The position numbers were made by a program, and so were the translations under genes. Positions 34,090-43,555 of a stretch of 64,000 nucleotides of DNA are shown here, one piece after another; position 1 is the stretch's first letter; each line of letters starts with the position of its first letter. The stretch is from Lysobacter sp. (GTDB lineage Bacteria > Pseudomonadota > Gammaproteobacteria > Xanthomonadales > Xanthomonadaceae), in contig NZ_DASRTS010000035.1 of the NCBI RefSeq assembly GCF_035655815.1, positions 26,050 to 90,049 of the forward strand, given 5' to 3'. The notes beneath the pieces are model-generated. The model had not been told where the DNA came from. It did not search any database and was given only the letters and a program-made list of their open reading frames with translations.

Positions 34090-34216
34090 CATTCCCGCAC
34101 AACAGCCGTCATTCCCGCGAAGGCGGGAATCCAGCGACCAGATGGGGGCAAGCCTTACGCAGTGCGTGATGCGTCAGGCAGATGGATTCCCGCTTTCGCG
34201 GGAATGACGACAATCA
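34090..34216. repeat. MITE-like ~100-125-bp element bounded by inverted ATTCCC-N8-GGGAAT palindromes (copy A)
   Basis: Left end GTCATTCCCGCGAAGGCGGGAATCC and right end GGATTCCCGCTTTCGCGGGAATGAC are reverse complements of each other with 1 mismatch. The internal sequence is shared with copy B. Confidence 0.75.
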
Positions 34217-34292
34217 GGTTCATAGCCAATGCCGCCATTCCCGACGCATCATCACTAACGCAACAGTATCGTCATACCGCGCAAGACCCCAT

Positions 34293-34416
34293 CAGCCCCG
34301 CACAACAGTCGTCATCCCGCGAAAGCGGGAATCAGCGATCAGATGGGCCAAGCCTTACGTAGGGCGTGATGCGTCATGCAGATGGATTCCTGCTTTCGCG
34401 GGAATGACGGCTATCA
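34293..34416. repeat. MITE-like element, copy B (direct repeat of copy A, slightly degenerate)
   Basis: GTCATCCCGCGAAAGCGGGAATC ... GGATTCCTGCTTTCGCGGGAATGAC, with the internal CAGATGGG..AAGCCTTACG.AG.GCGTGATGCGTCA.GCAGATGG conserved relative to copy A. Confidence 0.75.
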
Positions 34417-34459
34417 GGCGAAGATCCAGTCACTACGTAAGACCACGCATGGCTCCACA

Positions 34460-34969
34460 CTACGCGCGAGTCCGCGCGACCCGCTCCGCCTCGATCTTCC
34501 CCAACAGCCACTGCAGGCCCGCCAAGTGCTGCTGGTCGTGGCTGCACAGGTAATGCGCCAGGCTGCGCAGTGTGAGCGGGCCATAACCTTCGAACTCGGC
34601 CGTGCGCGCCAGCTGGCGCTCGTCCAGGCGCGCGATGGTCTCGACCGTGCGCGAACGTGCGTCGCGGAACGCGTGCAGCACCTCGTCGGCATCGGCATCG
34701 CCGTAGCGCCGCTCGATCGCCAGCGGTTCGCTGTCGATGGAAGGCAGCAGCGGATGTTCTTCGTCCAGCGTGCGGCGAATGCGCTCCTGGTAGCCCTCCA
34801 CCTCGATGTCGCGCACGTGGCACAGCTGCTCGATCGCGGTGAAATGCTCGCTGGGAATGCCGTCCCAGCTCGGCGGTGCCCAGTGGCGGAACTCGCGCGG
34901 AATGGCCGCGTAGTGCGCCTCCAGTTGCAGCGGAAACAGTGCCAGTGCGTTCAACGTGGTCTTGTTCAT
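34460..34969 (-). CDS. DinB-family (four-helix bundle, metal-dependent) protein
   Basis: 169 aa. The HxxxxE / H...HDQQH pattern (LCHVRDIEVE..., HYLCSHDQQHL) is typical of DinB/YfiT-like proteins. Confidence 0.65.
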   Translation of the reverse strand: MNKTTLNALALFPLQLEAHYAAIPREFRHWAPPSWDGIPSEHFTAIEQLCHVRDIEVEGYQERIRRTLDEEHPLLPSIDSEPLAIERRYGDADADEVLHAFRDARSRTVETIARLDERQLARTAEFEGYGPLTLRSLAHYLCSHDQQHLAGLQWLLGKIEAERVARTRA

Positions 34970-34988
34970 CGCAGGCCTCAGGAAGGAA

Positions 34989-35897
34989 TCAGGCGGCGGC
35001 CGGCGCAATCGGCCGGCGCGCGCGCATCAGCCCGTCGGTGGCGAACACCGCCAGGCCGCACCAGATGAAAACGAAACCGACCAGCCGCGCGGCGTCGAAC
35101 GGCTCGCGCAGGATCAGCACGCCGATCAGGAACTGCAGCGTCGGCGCGATGTACTGCATCAGCCCGACCACCGACAGCGGAATGCGCCGTACCGCGTAGG
35201 CGAAGCCGATCAGTGGCAGCGCGGTGAGCACGCCGGCGAACACCAGCAGCAGGTCCATCGCGATGCCCCAGCCGCCGAGGAAGCCGCCCATGCCGTGCGT
35301 CTCGCCCCACAGCATCACCGCCAGCCCAGGCAGGAACAGGTAGAGGCTCTCCACGCCCAGGCCGGCGACGGCATCCACCGCGACCAGCTTGCGCACCAGT
35401 CCGTACAGGCCGAACGACAACGCCAGCGCGATGGCGATCCACGGCGGTCGGCCGTACTGCCAGGTCAGCCACGCCACACCGAGCAGCGCCAGCATGACCG
35501 CCACCCACTGCAGGCGTGTGAGCCGTTCGCGCAGGAACGCAACGCCGATGACGACGTTGAGCAGCGGATTGATGAAGTAGCCCAGGCTGGTCTCCACGAC
35601 ATGTCCGGCGTTAACCGCCCACACGTACAGGCCCCAGTTGAACGAAATGAGCGTGCCGCTCAGCGCCAGCATCCACGCCGCGCGCGGCCGGGCCAGCGTG
35701 GCGCGCAGCCAGCCGCGTCCCTGCTTCCAGAACAGCCAGCCGGCGACCAGCAGCGCGCTCCACACGATGCGATGCACGACGATCTGGATCGACGGCACGG
35801 TCTTGAGCAGATGCCAGTACAGCGGCATCAGGCCCCACAGCACGAACGAAGCCGCGGCGATCCACAGCCCGTTGCGCGTCTCGTGCGCGCCGGTCAT
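34989..35897 (-). CDS. rarD: EamA/RarD-family (DMT superfamily) transporter
   Basis: 302 aa with 10 helices. RarD-like N-terminus (GLWIAAASFVLWGLMPLYWHLL) and the NPLLNVVIGV motif. Its ATG 35895-35897 overlaps the upstream stop. Confidence 0.75.
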   Translation of the reverse strand: MTGAHETRNGLWIAAASFVLWGLMPLYWHLLKTVPSIQIVVHRIVWSALLVAGWLFWKQGRGWLRATLARPRAAWMLALSGTLISFNWGLYVWAVNAGHVVETSLGYFINPLLNVVIGVAFLRERLTRLQWVAVMLALLGVAWLTWQYGRPPWIAIALALSFGLYGLVRKLVAVDAVAGLGVESLYLFLPGLAVMLWGETHGMGGFLGGWGIAMDLLLVFAGVLTALPLIGFAYAVRRIPLSVVGLMQYIAPTLQFLIGVLILREPFDAARLVGFVFIWCGLAVFATDGLMRARRPIAPAAA

Positions 35898-36832
35898 GCC
35901 GCCGGCTCCGAGGTGGACGCCGGTGCCACGGGCTTGCTCGCACGCGCCTTGGACAGGGTGATGATCACCACGCCCAGCAGGATCACCGCCATCGCGCCGA
36001 GGTCGTGCGCGGTGAAGCGCTCGCCGCCGATGAGCGCGCCGAACACCACCGCGATGGGCGGATTGACGTAGGCATAGCTGGTCGCCAGCGCCGGCCGCAC
36101 GTGATGCAGCAGCCAGATGTAGGCGGTGAAGCCGAAGATCGAACCGGCCACGACCAGGTACAGCATCGCGGTGGTCGCGCTGACGCTCGGCATCTGCGTG
36201 ATGCGCTCGCCGTGCAGGACCGCGGCGAGCAGCATCCACACGCTGCCGGTGAGCATCTGCCCCGCCGCCGACATGAAGGGCTGCGGCAGGTCCTGGTCGC
36301 GGCTCCAGATCGAACCCCAGGCCCAGGCGATCGGCGCGATGACCAGGCACACCAGGCCCAGCGTCGAGGACGACAGCTCGCCGCCTGCGCTCAGCCACAG
36401 CACGCCGAGGAAGCCGATCACCAGGCCCACCCATTCGATGCGCGAGGGATGGCGTCCGCGCAACATCGCGAACACGCCGGCGAACAGCGGCATCGAGGCC
36501 ACCGCGATCGCGGCCAGGCCGGAACCGACCTCGGTCTCGGCCAGGTTCACCAGCCCGTTGGACAGCAGCACCATCCAGATCGAGAGGATCCACAGCGTGC
36601 GCCACTGCCGGCCGGTCGGCGATGCGCCGCCGCGCCAGCGCAGCACTACGTACATAATCAGGCCGGCCAGGAACATGCGGCCGGCGCCCAGCAGGAACGG
36701 CGGGTAGCTCTCCAGCGCGAAGCGGATGGCGAGGTAGGTCGAGCCCCAGAGGATGTAGACCGAGGCCAGGGCAAAGGCGACGGCCAGCGCGCCGGGGGCG
36801 GCCCGGGCGACGGTGGGTGCAGCGGTGCTCAT
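35894..36832 (-). CDS. EamA-family DMT transporter
   Basis: 312 aa with a duplicated EamA 5-helix repeat. It is divergent from the Lrp-type regulator gene at 37038. Confidence 0.8.
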   Translation of the reverse strand: MSTAAPTVARAAPGALAVAFALASVYILWGSTYLAIRFALESYPPFLLGAGRMFLAGLIMYVVLRWRGGASPTGRQWRTLWILSIWMVLLSNGLVNLAETEVGSGLAAIAVASMPLFAGVFAMLRGRHPSRIEWVGLVIGFLGVLWLSAGGELSSSTLGLVCLVIAPIAWAWGSIWSRDQDLPQPFMSAAGQMLTGSVWMLLAAVLHGERITQMPSVSATTAMLYLVVAGSIFGFTAYIWLLHHVRPALATSYAYVNPPIAVVFGALIGGERFTAHDLGAMAVILLGVVIITLSKARASKPVAPASTSEPAA

Positions 36833-37037
36833 GCGGTGTCCAGACGTGGGGTGGAGGTGCGGCACTGCCAACAGCGTGTTTTGCCCCGAACGCCGCGGGC
36901 ACCGCGCCGTGCGGAGCCCTTGCCGATGTGGCCGGAGCCCCGCACCGCCGGTGCAGGAAACGTTCGGATAGGCAAAGCGTAACGCCGGATGCCGCGACGT
37001 GATTGATAAATCCTGCGCAAGAACGCAAAAATTTTGC

Positions 37038-37538
37038 ATGGCCGCCACACCCCTGATGCTCGACGAATTCGACCATCGCCTGCTGGAGCTCCTGCAGCGC
37101 GATTCCGCATCCACGCTGACCGCGCTGGGCGAAGCGGTGGGCCTGTCGGCCAGCGCCGTACAGCGCCGGCTGACGCGCTATCGCCGCAGCGGGCTGATGC
37201 GCGAGATCGCCGTGCTCGACCCCAGGTCACTGGGCGGAACGATCACGCTGGCGACGGTACTGGTGGCGATGGAGCGCGACTCGGCGAAGCTGCACGCGGC
37301 CTTCCACGCGCGCATGCGCGGTGCGCCGGAGGTGCAGCAGTGCTACACGCTGGCCGGCGAGTGGGACTATCTGGTGATCCTGGCCACGACCGGCGTGGCC
37401 CATTGCCGCGAAGTCGCCGACCGGCTGTTCGGCGGCGACGAGAACCTCAAGCGCTACGAAACCCGGATGGTGTTCGAGCCGATCAAGCTGGGCCTGGAAC
37501 TGCCCACGCGCCCACCGCCGGCGCGACGCAGGAAATAG
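37038..37538 (+). CDS. Lrp/AsnC family transcriptional regulator
   Basis: LDEFDHRLLELLQRDSASTLTALGEAVGLSASAVQRRLTRYRRSGLM HTH plus a RAM domain. Confidence 0.85.
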   Translation: MAATPLMLDEFDHRLLELLQRDSASTLTALGEAVGLSASAVQRRLTRYRRSGLMREIAVLDPRSLGGTITLATVLVAMERDSAKLHAAFHARMRGAPEVQQCYTLAGEWDYLVILATTGVAHCREVADRLFGGDENLKRYETRMVFEPIKLGLELPTRPPPARRRK

Positions 37539-37567
37539 CGCGTCCGCGCCGGTTCATCGAACGGTAC

Positions 37568-38014
37568 TTACGACGGCTGGCGGTACACCAGCACCGGAAT
37601 GGTCGAGTGGGTGAGTACCTTCAGCGTCTCGCTGCCCAGCACCAGCGCCTTGATGCCGCGCCGGCCGTGCGAAGCCATCGCGATGAGATCGCAGCCACGC
37701 TCGTGCGCGATCGCGATGATCGCCTCGTACGGGAACTCGTCCTCGATGACCACGCTGTCGCACGGCACGCTCAGCGCGTGCGCCCGTGCTTCCACGGTCC
37801 GCAGGTGGCTGCGCGCCATTTCGCGCGCCTCGCGCTCGTAGTCGTCGCGCACCGCGATCATCTGTTCCGGCGTCACCGCGAACACGTGGTACGGCTGCGT
37901 CACGCACAGCACGGTCACGCGGGCGCGCAGCGTCTTCGCCAGCTCCAGCGCCTGGTCGATGGCGTGGTCGGACAGCGGCGATCCATCGGTGGGAATGCAG
38001 ATGTGGTGGTACAT
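37568..38014 (-). CDS. Universal stress protein (UspA family)
   Basis: 148 aa: MYHHICIPTDGS..., the ATP-binding G-2x-G-9x-G(S/T)-type motif MASHGRRGIKALVLGSET, and a VLVY C-terminus. Confidence 0.9.
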   Translation of the reverse strand: MYHHICIPTDGSPLSDHAIDQALELAKTLRARVTVLCVTQPYHVFAVTPEQMIAVRDDYEREAREMARSHLRTVEARAHALSVPCDSVVIEDEFPYEAIIAIAHERGCDLIAMASHGRRGIKALVLGSETLKVLTHSTIPVLVYRQPS

Positions 38015-38125
38015 GGCGGCCTCCGCAGGGTGGATGTACCACCACCTTCGGGTTCCGGCGCGGCCATGCCGTTGATCCGGCTCAACCGTCGGCCGGTGTT
38101 CCGACGAGCGGCACGGTCAAGGCGC

Positions 38126-38956
38126 TCAGGCCGCGCGTTCACGCGCCAGGACCTGCTGTTTCATCGGCAGGCCCCATCGGTAGCCGCCCAGTGAGCCGTC
38201 TCCGCGCACCACGCGATGACAGGGCACGACCACGGCCAGGCGGTTGCCGGCGCAGGCGTTGGCGACGGCGCGCGTGGCGCGAGGATGGCCGATCTGCCGC
38301 GCGATGTCGGCGTAGCTGCGCGTCTGCCCGCGCGGGATCTTCATCAGGGCGTCCCAGACCTTCTTCTGGAACGCGGTACCGATGAGGTCGACCGGTACCT
38401 GCGCCTGCCTGCCGGCCAGCGCATCGGCCACGGCGCGCAGGCGCGGCGCGAGGAACTCGTCGCGTCCGGAGTCCACGCGCTCGAGCTGCGCCTTGGGGAA
38501 CTCGGCATGCAGTTGTGCTTCCAGCTGCGCCGCGTCCTCGCCGAGCTCGATCATGCAGATGCCGCGCGAGGTCGTCGCCACCAGCGCCTGGCCGAGCGCC
38601 GTGTCGGCGATGCTCCAGCGGATCTGTTCGCCCGCGCCGCCCGACCGGTACCGCGCCGGCGTCATACCCAGTCGCGCCGCGCCGCCTTCGTACACGCGCG
38701 AGGGCGACCCGTAGCCGGCGTCGTACAACGCCGCGCTGACGTCGCTGCCTTCGCGCAGCGCCAGCTTCAGCGTCCCCAGCTTGCGCTGGGCGAGGTACTC
38801 GGCGGGACTCAGTCCGAAATGTTCGGCGAACCGGCGCTGTAGGTGCGAGGCGCTCAGGTCCACCTGCGCCGCCAGCTCGGCCAGCGTCGGCTCACCGTCG
38901 TCGAGCAGGCGCCTGGCGTGATCGAGCTTGTCGCGAAGCTGGCGGGCGGTGTTCAT
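38126..38956 (-). CDS. AraC-type HTH fused to O6-alkylguanine-DNA methyltransferase (Ada-like, lacking the N-terminal Zn methyl-phosphotriester domain)
   Basis: N-terminal AraC HTH (LAELAAQVDLSASHLQRRFAEHFGLSPAEYL) and a C-terminal MGMT domain with VVPCHRVV and the YADIA helix. Start at ATG 38954-38956. Confidence 0.85.
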   Translation of the reverse strand: MNTARQLRDKLDHARRLLDDGEPTLAELAAQVDLSASHLQRRFAEHFGLSPAEYLAQRKLGTLKLALREGSDVSAALYDAGYGSPSRVYEGGAARLGMTPARYRSGGAGEQIRWSIADTALGQALVATTSRGICMIELGEDAAQLEAQLHAEFPKAQLERVDSGRDEFLAPRLRAVADALAGRQAQVPVDLIGTAFQKKVWDALMKIPRGQTRSYADIARQIGHPRATRAVANACAGNRLAVVVPCHRVVRGDGSLGGYRWGLPMKQQVLARERAA

Positions 38957-39034
38957 GGGGCAAAGCCTAGCGAGGACGCCGCATAGCCCGCTATCCGGAT
39001 CTTGCTGCAGGTCTGGAGCTCCGCAGACCCCGTG

Positions 39035-39205
39035 AATCTCCCCCGGCCCCTCTTTTTCAAAGAGGGGAGAAGCGCAAGCGAAGCTCCGTTCTTTGGCCCA
39101 AGGAGGGAGCAGGAGCGAAGCTCCGTCCGTTGTTCCAAGGAGACAAAGCACGCCCCGCGCTTTTCAACTTCCCCCTTTGAAAAAAGGGGGATTGAGGGGG
39201 ATTAG
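39035..39205. repeat. Composite REP/BIME-like element bounded by two A/T-looped palindromes; inverted partner at 57793-57925
   Basis: CCCCTCTTT-TTC-AAAGAGGGG (39047-39067) and CCCCCTTT-GAAA-AAAGGGGG (39171-39190), followed by ATTGAGGGGGATT. Both ends reappear in reverse complement at 57.8-57.9 kb. Confidence 0.75.
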
Positions 39206-39225
39206 CTCTTGGCTTTACCCAAGCC

Positions 39226-41484
39226 TCAGTCGGCCCAATGACCCGCCGTCGTCGCGGTCGGCAGCACCTGTGCCGAGAGCTGGCGGTCGTTGTTGAGCAG
39301 GCGTACCGCGTCGGCCAGGATCGCCGCGGACTCGCGCAGCAGCGGATCGGGGCGCTTCTCGGCCAGCTTCTCGCGCTCGGCATCCTTGGCGATGTCGCGC
39401 TCGTTCGCCGACAGGCCGTCGTCGTACGCGTCCTCGGCCAGCGGATCCAGGTCCAGGCCCAGCGCCTTGCGCTGCTCCTGGCGCTGCTTGCGCTTGGCGT
39501 CGTCGCGGTCACGCTCGGCGCGGCGCTCGGCCTCGTTGAGGCTCACCCACTTCTTCGCGCGCTCCTCGCGGAACTGCGCGACGTCCTCGGACCACCACTG
39601 GAATTCCTTGTCGTTGGCGATGCGCGTGGTGTGCAGCGCTTCCAGCTTCGGCAGCAGCGGCGCGAAGTTGCCGTACGCGGTGTGCGGCACCGCGGAGATG
39701 CGGGTCCACGGCAGCGCGTTGTCGTAGGTGCTTTCGCCGTATTCGCTGGCATCCACCGACACCGGGAACGAGACGTCCGGCACCACGCCCTTGTTCTGGG
39801 TCGAGCCGCCGCTGACGCGGAAGAACTGCGCGATGGTCAGCTTCACCTGGCCGAAACGCGCTTCCTCGTTCGCCGGCCAGCGGTCCAGATCGACCAGGTT
39901 CTGCACCGTGCCCTTGCCGAAGCTCGTCTCGCCGATGACCAGGCCGCGACCGTAGTCCTGGATGGCACCGGCGAAGATCTCCGACGCCGAGGCCGAACCG
40001 CGGTTGATCAGCACCGCCAGCGGGCCTTCCCAGGCGATGCCGCTGTCGCTGTCGCCTTCGACGCTGACGCGGCCGCCGGATTCGCGCACCTGCACCACCG
40101 GGCCGCGGTCGATGAAGAGGCCGGTCAGCTCGATCGCCTCGTTGAGCGAACCACCACCGTTGTTGCGCAGGTCCAGCACGACACCATCGACCTTGTCGGC
40201 GCGCAGCTTGGTCAGCAGCCTGGCCACGTCGCGCGTCGCCGACGCGTAGTCGTCGCTGTTCTTCCGGCGGCCCTCGAAGTCCTGGTAGAAGCCCGGCAGT
40301 TCGATCACGCCGATGCGCTTTTCCGGCGCGCCGTCGGCGGCGGGAATGGTGATGACCTTGGACTTGGCGGCCTGGTCTTCCAGGCGCACCTTGTCGCGCA
40401 CCAGCACCAGGCGGCTCGGCTCGCTGTCCAGGCCGGCCTCGGCCGGAATCACGTCAAGACGCACCTTGGTGCCCTTGGCGCCGCGGATCTTGGCGACGAC
40501 GTCGTCGATGCGCCAGCCGATCACGTCCTCCATTGCGCCGCTTTCGCCCTGGCCCACGGCGACCACGCGGTCACCGGGCTTGAGCTTGCCGGACTTGCCG
40601 GCCGGACCGCCCGGCACGATCTCGCGGATCGCGACCACGTCGTCCTGCTTCTGCAGCACCGCGCCGATGCCTTCCAGCGACAGCGACATCGAGACGTTGA
40701 AATTGTCCGCGGTCTTGGGGGTGAAGTAATCGGTGTGCGGATCGACCGAGTTGGCGTAGCTGTTGAGGAAGGTCTGGAACACGTCCTCGCCCTTCAGCTG
40801 CGCGATCGACTTGCCCATGTTCGCGTAACGCTTGTCGAGCGTCTTGCGGATGTCTTCCTGCTTCTTGCCCGCCAGCTTCAGGCGCAGCCAGTCGTTGCGC
40901 ACCGACTGCTTCCACAGCGTGTCCAGCGCGGTCGCCTCGGCCCACGGTGCATCCTCGCGGTCGTACTCGTAGCGATCGGCGCCGGTGAATTCGAAGATGT
41001 CCTGCTTCAGCAGGTCGCGCGCATAGGCCACGCGCTGGTCGACGCGCTGCTTGTACAGCGCGAAGATCGCGTAGGCCGGCGCGAGGTCGCCGCTCTTGAT
41101 CGCGTCGTCGAACTTGAGCTTGTACGCGTCGAACTTGGCGATGTCCTGCGCGGTGAAGAACTGCTTGCCGCCGTCCAGCGCTTCCAGGTAGCGCTTGTAG
41201 ATGTCGGCCGACAGCGTGTCGTCCAGCGCGACCGGCCGGTAGGCGTAGCGACTGTCGGAGAGCAGTCCGTACACGAGCTTGGCGGCCGTGGTCTGGTCGG
41301 CGGTGGCCGCGCGCGGCAGCGGCGACGGCTCCATCGACTTGATCAGGTTCGGCTTCTCGTGCGCGGGCACCTCGACCTGCGAGGTCTTCTTGTCGCCCGC
41401 GCTGTCGGACTGCGCGAGCAGCGCAACCGGCGTGGTCAGCAAAAAGGCGACAAGGACGGAGGCAGGCGTGGTCTTGGCTTTCAT
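39226..41484 (-). CDS. prc: Carboxy-terminal processing (tail-specific) protease, S41 family
   Basis: 752 aa. Signal peptide, PDZ region (GIGAVLQ...PGGPAGKSG.LKPGD) and the S41 catalytic block (INRGSASASEIFAGAIQDYGRG ... K). Start at ATG 41482-41484. Confidence 0.9.
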   Translation of the reverse strand: MKAKTTPASVLVAFLLTTPVALLAQSDSAGDKKTSQVEVPAHEKPNLIKSMEPSPLPRAATADQTTAAKLVYGLLSDSRYAYRPVALDDTLSADIYKRYLEALDGGKQFFTAQDIAKFDAYKLKFDDAIKSGDLAPAYAIFALYKQRVDQRVAYARDLLKQDIFEFTGADRYEYDREDAPWAEATALDTLWKQSVRNDWLRLKLAGKKQEDIRKTLDKRYANMGKSIAQLKGEDVFQTFLNSYANSVDPHTDYFTPKTADNFNVSMSLSLEGIGAVLQKQDDVVAIREIVPGGPAGKSGKLKPGDRVVAVGQGESGAMEDVIGWRIDDVVAKIRGAKGTKVRLDVIPAEAGLDSEPSRLVLVRDKVRLEDQAAKSKVITIPAADGAPEKRIGVIELPGFYQDFEGRRKNSDDYASATRDVARLLTKLRADKVDGVVLDLRNNGGGSLNEAIELTGLFIDRGPVVQVRESGGRVSVEGDSDSGIAWEGPLAVLINRGSASASEIFAGAIQDYGRGLVIGETSFGKGTVQNLVDLDRWPANEEARFGQVKLTIAQFFRVSGGSTQNKGVVPDVSFPVSVDASEYGESTYDNALPWTRISAVPHTAYGNFAPLLPKLEALHTTRIANDKEFQWWSEDVAQFREERAKKWVSLNEAERRAERDRDDAKRKQRQEQRKALGLDLDPLAEDAYDDGLSANERDIAKDAEREKLAEKRPDPLLRESAAILADAVRLLNNDRQLSAQVLPTATTAGHWAD

Positions 41485-41742
41485 CGCGGCAGCTCTAGGC
41501 CGCATGCGGCCTGGTCAGGTCTTCTAGGGAGTCGAACGCAGAATGGACCCGGAGTCCGACAGCCCCACAGTGCCGAAAGTTGCACCGGCTGTCACCCCGC
41601 GAAGGTGGGATTAAGCGTGCCATGCGGCGCACTTTCCCCATTCATCGGCGGGCATTCAGCTGCGCGCAGGCGAACCGTTAGGCGTACGTTAGCCTCGGGC
41701 ACCGGTGGTCAAAGAAGCGTGATGCAGGCCGCCGCCGCGGGA

Positions 41743-42756
41743 TCAGACCGCTGCGACGACGCCGGCTTCCATCGCCGAGCGGTCGGCGTGGTAGGACGAA
41801 CGCACCAGCGGGCCCGAGGCGACGTGGGTGAACCCCAGCGCCATGCCGTATTCCTCCAGCGCCTTGAATTCCTCCGGCGTCCAGTAACGCAGCACCGGAT
41901 GGTGGTGCGCGCTGGGCTGCAGGTACTGGCCGATGGTGATCATGTCCACGTCATGCTCGCGCAGGTCGCGCAGCGTCGCCTGAACCTGCTCAAGGGTCTC
42001 GCCCAGGCCGAGCATGATGCCGCTCTTGGTCGCGACCTCCGGATGCTGCGCCTTGAATTTCTTCAGCAGCGTTAGCGACCACTGGTAATCGGCGCCCGGA
42101 CGCACGTTGCGGTACAGGTCAGGCACGGTTTCGACGTTGTGGTTGAACACGTCCGGCGGATTGGTCGCCAGGATCTCCAGCGCGCGCTCCATGCGGCCCT
42201 TGCCGCGGAAGTCGGGCGTGAGCACCTCGATCTTGGTGCCGGGGCTCTGCTCACGGATCGCGGCGATGCAGTCGACGAAATGCTGGGCGCCGCCGTCGCG
42301 CAGGTCGTCGCGGTCGACGCTGGTGACCACCACGTACTTCAGGCGCATGTCGGCGACGGTGGTCGCCAGGTGCATGGGCTCGGCCGGGTCCGGCGGCTTC
42401 GGGCGGCCGTGGGCGACGTCGCAGAAGCTGCAGCGGCGCGTGCAGACCTCGCCCAGGATCATGAAGGTAGCCGTGCCGTGGCTGAAGCACTCGTGGATGT
42501 TCGGGCAGCTGGCTTCCTCGCACACCGTCACCAGGCGGTTCTCGCGCAGCTTCGCCTTGAGCTGCTGCACCGAGTTGCCCGAAGGAATGCGCACGCGGAT
42601 CCACGACGGCTTGCGCAGCACCGGCGCATCGGCGAACTGCACCGGCGAACGCGCAATCTTGTCGCCGGCGACCTGCTTCACCCCCGGTTGCAGGGTCGCA
42701 GGTACGTCGCTACCGACGACAGCGAGGGGAATGGTCTTGGCGGCAGGTTCGTTCAT
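41743..42756 (-). CDS. lipA: Lipoyl synthase
   Basis: [12 protein letters not shown] auxiliary cluster and [10 protein letters not shown] radical-SAM CxxxCxxC motif. Start at ATG 42754-42756. Confidence 0.95.
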   Translation of the reverse strand: MNEPAAKTIPLAVVGSDVPATLQPGVKQVAGDKIARSPVQFADAPVLRKPSWIRVRIPSGNSVQQLKAKLRENRLVTVCEEASCPNIHECFSHGTATFMILGEVCTRRCSFCDVAHGRPKPPDPAEPMHLATTVADMRLKYVVVTSVDRDDLRDGGAQHFVDCIAAIREQSPGTKIEVLTPDFRGKGRMERALEILATNPPDVFNHNVETVPDLYRNVRPGADYQWSLTLLKKFKAQHPEVATKSGIMLGLGETLEQVQATLRDLREHDVDMITIGQYLQPSAHHHPVLRYWTPEEFKALEEYGMALGFTHVASGPLVRSSYHADRSAMEAGVVAAV

Positions 42757-42817
42757 GGTCTCTTCTTTGACACGGATTACGCGGAAGGACGCGGATAGGG
42801 CAAGCCCGGGAAGGTCC

Positions 42818-43555
42818 TTATCCGCGTTTATCCGTGGAATCCGCGTCCAATGCTTTCTCTGGCGGAAAGGCAGACGGCGGTGCCGCTTCGACGACAAGGC
42901 CGAACTGGCGGGCGACGTGCCCGATCAGCACCGGCTTGACCGCTTCCAGCCCGGACGGGCCGCCCAAGTCTAGCATCGAGGTCACCTGCAGCCCCTGGTA
43001 GCCGCAGGGATTGATGCGGCGGAACGGCTCCAGGTCCATCGCGATGTTGAACGCCAGGCCGTGGAAGGTGCACCCGCGGCGCACGCGGATGCCCAGCGCG
43101 CCGATCTTGGCTCCGTTCACGTAGACGCCCGGCGCACCGTCGCGGCGCTCGGCGTGGATGTTCCAGTCGCCCAGGGTGTCGATCATGGCCTGTTCGATGC
43201 GGTGCACGTAGTCCTTCACGCCTACCTTCAGGCGCTTCAGGTCGAGCAGCGGGTACAGCACGATCTGGCCCGGCCCGTGGTACGTCACCTGGCCGCCGCG
43301 ATCGACGTGGATCACCGGGATCTCGCCCGGAAAGAGCACGTGCTCGTCCTTGCCGGCCTGACCCAAGGTGAACACCGGATCGTGCTCGACCAGCCACAGC
43401 TCGTCGGGCGTATCCGGTGTGCGCGCGTCGGTGAAGGCCTGCATGGCGTGCCAGACCGGCTCGTAGGCCTGGCGGCCCAGGTCGCGCAACTGCGTGGGTG
43501 GCAGGAGACGCGGCGCCTCCGCCACGTCCGCTACCGGCGCGGCTACAGCGTCCAC
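42818..43555 (-). CDS. lipB: Octanoyltransferase (lipoyl(octanoyl) transferase)
   Basis: [24 protein letters not shown] and FHGLAFN motifs. The start is uncertain: GTG 43553-43555 overlaps ybeD by 13 nt. Confidence 0.85.
   Translation of the reverse strand: MDAVAAPVADVAEAPRLLPPTQLRDLGRQAYEPVWHAMQAFTDARTPDTPDELWLVEHDPVFTLGQAGKDEHVLFPGEIPVIHVDRGGQVTYHGPGQIVLYPLLDLKRLKVGVKDYVHRIEQAMIDTLGDWNIHAERRDGAPGVYVNGAKIGALGIRVRRGCTFHGLAFNIAMDLEPFRRINPCGYQGLQVTSMLDLGGPSGLEAVKPVLIGHVARQFGLVVEAAPPSAFPPEKALDADSTDKRG

Noticed and set aside
34989-37076. Single 695-aa ORF, and the 35894-37114 406-aa ORF
   Set aside because: These are over-extended frames. Homology and hydrophobicity show two separate ~300-aa EamA/RarD transporters (34989-35897 and 35894-36832) joined by an ATGA overlap. 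The upstream extensions are Arg/Pro-rich non-coding-like sequence.
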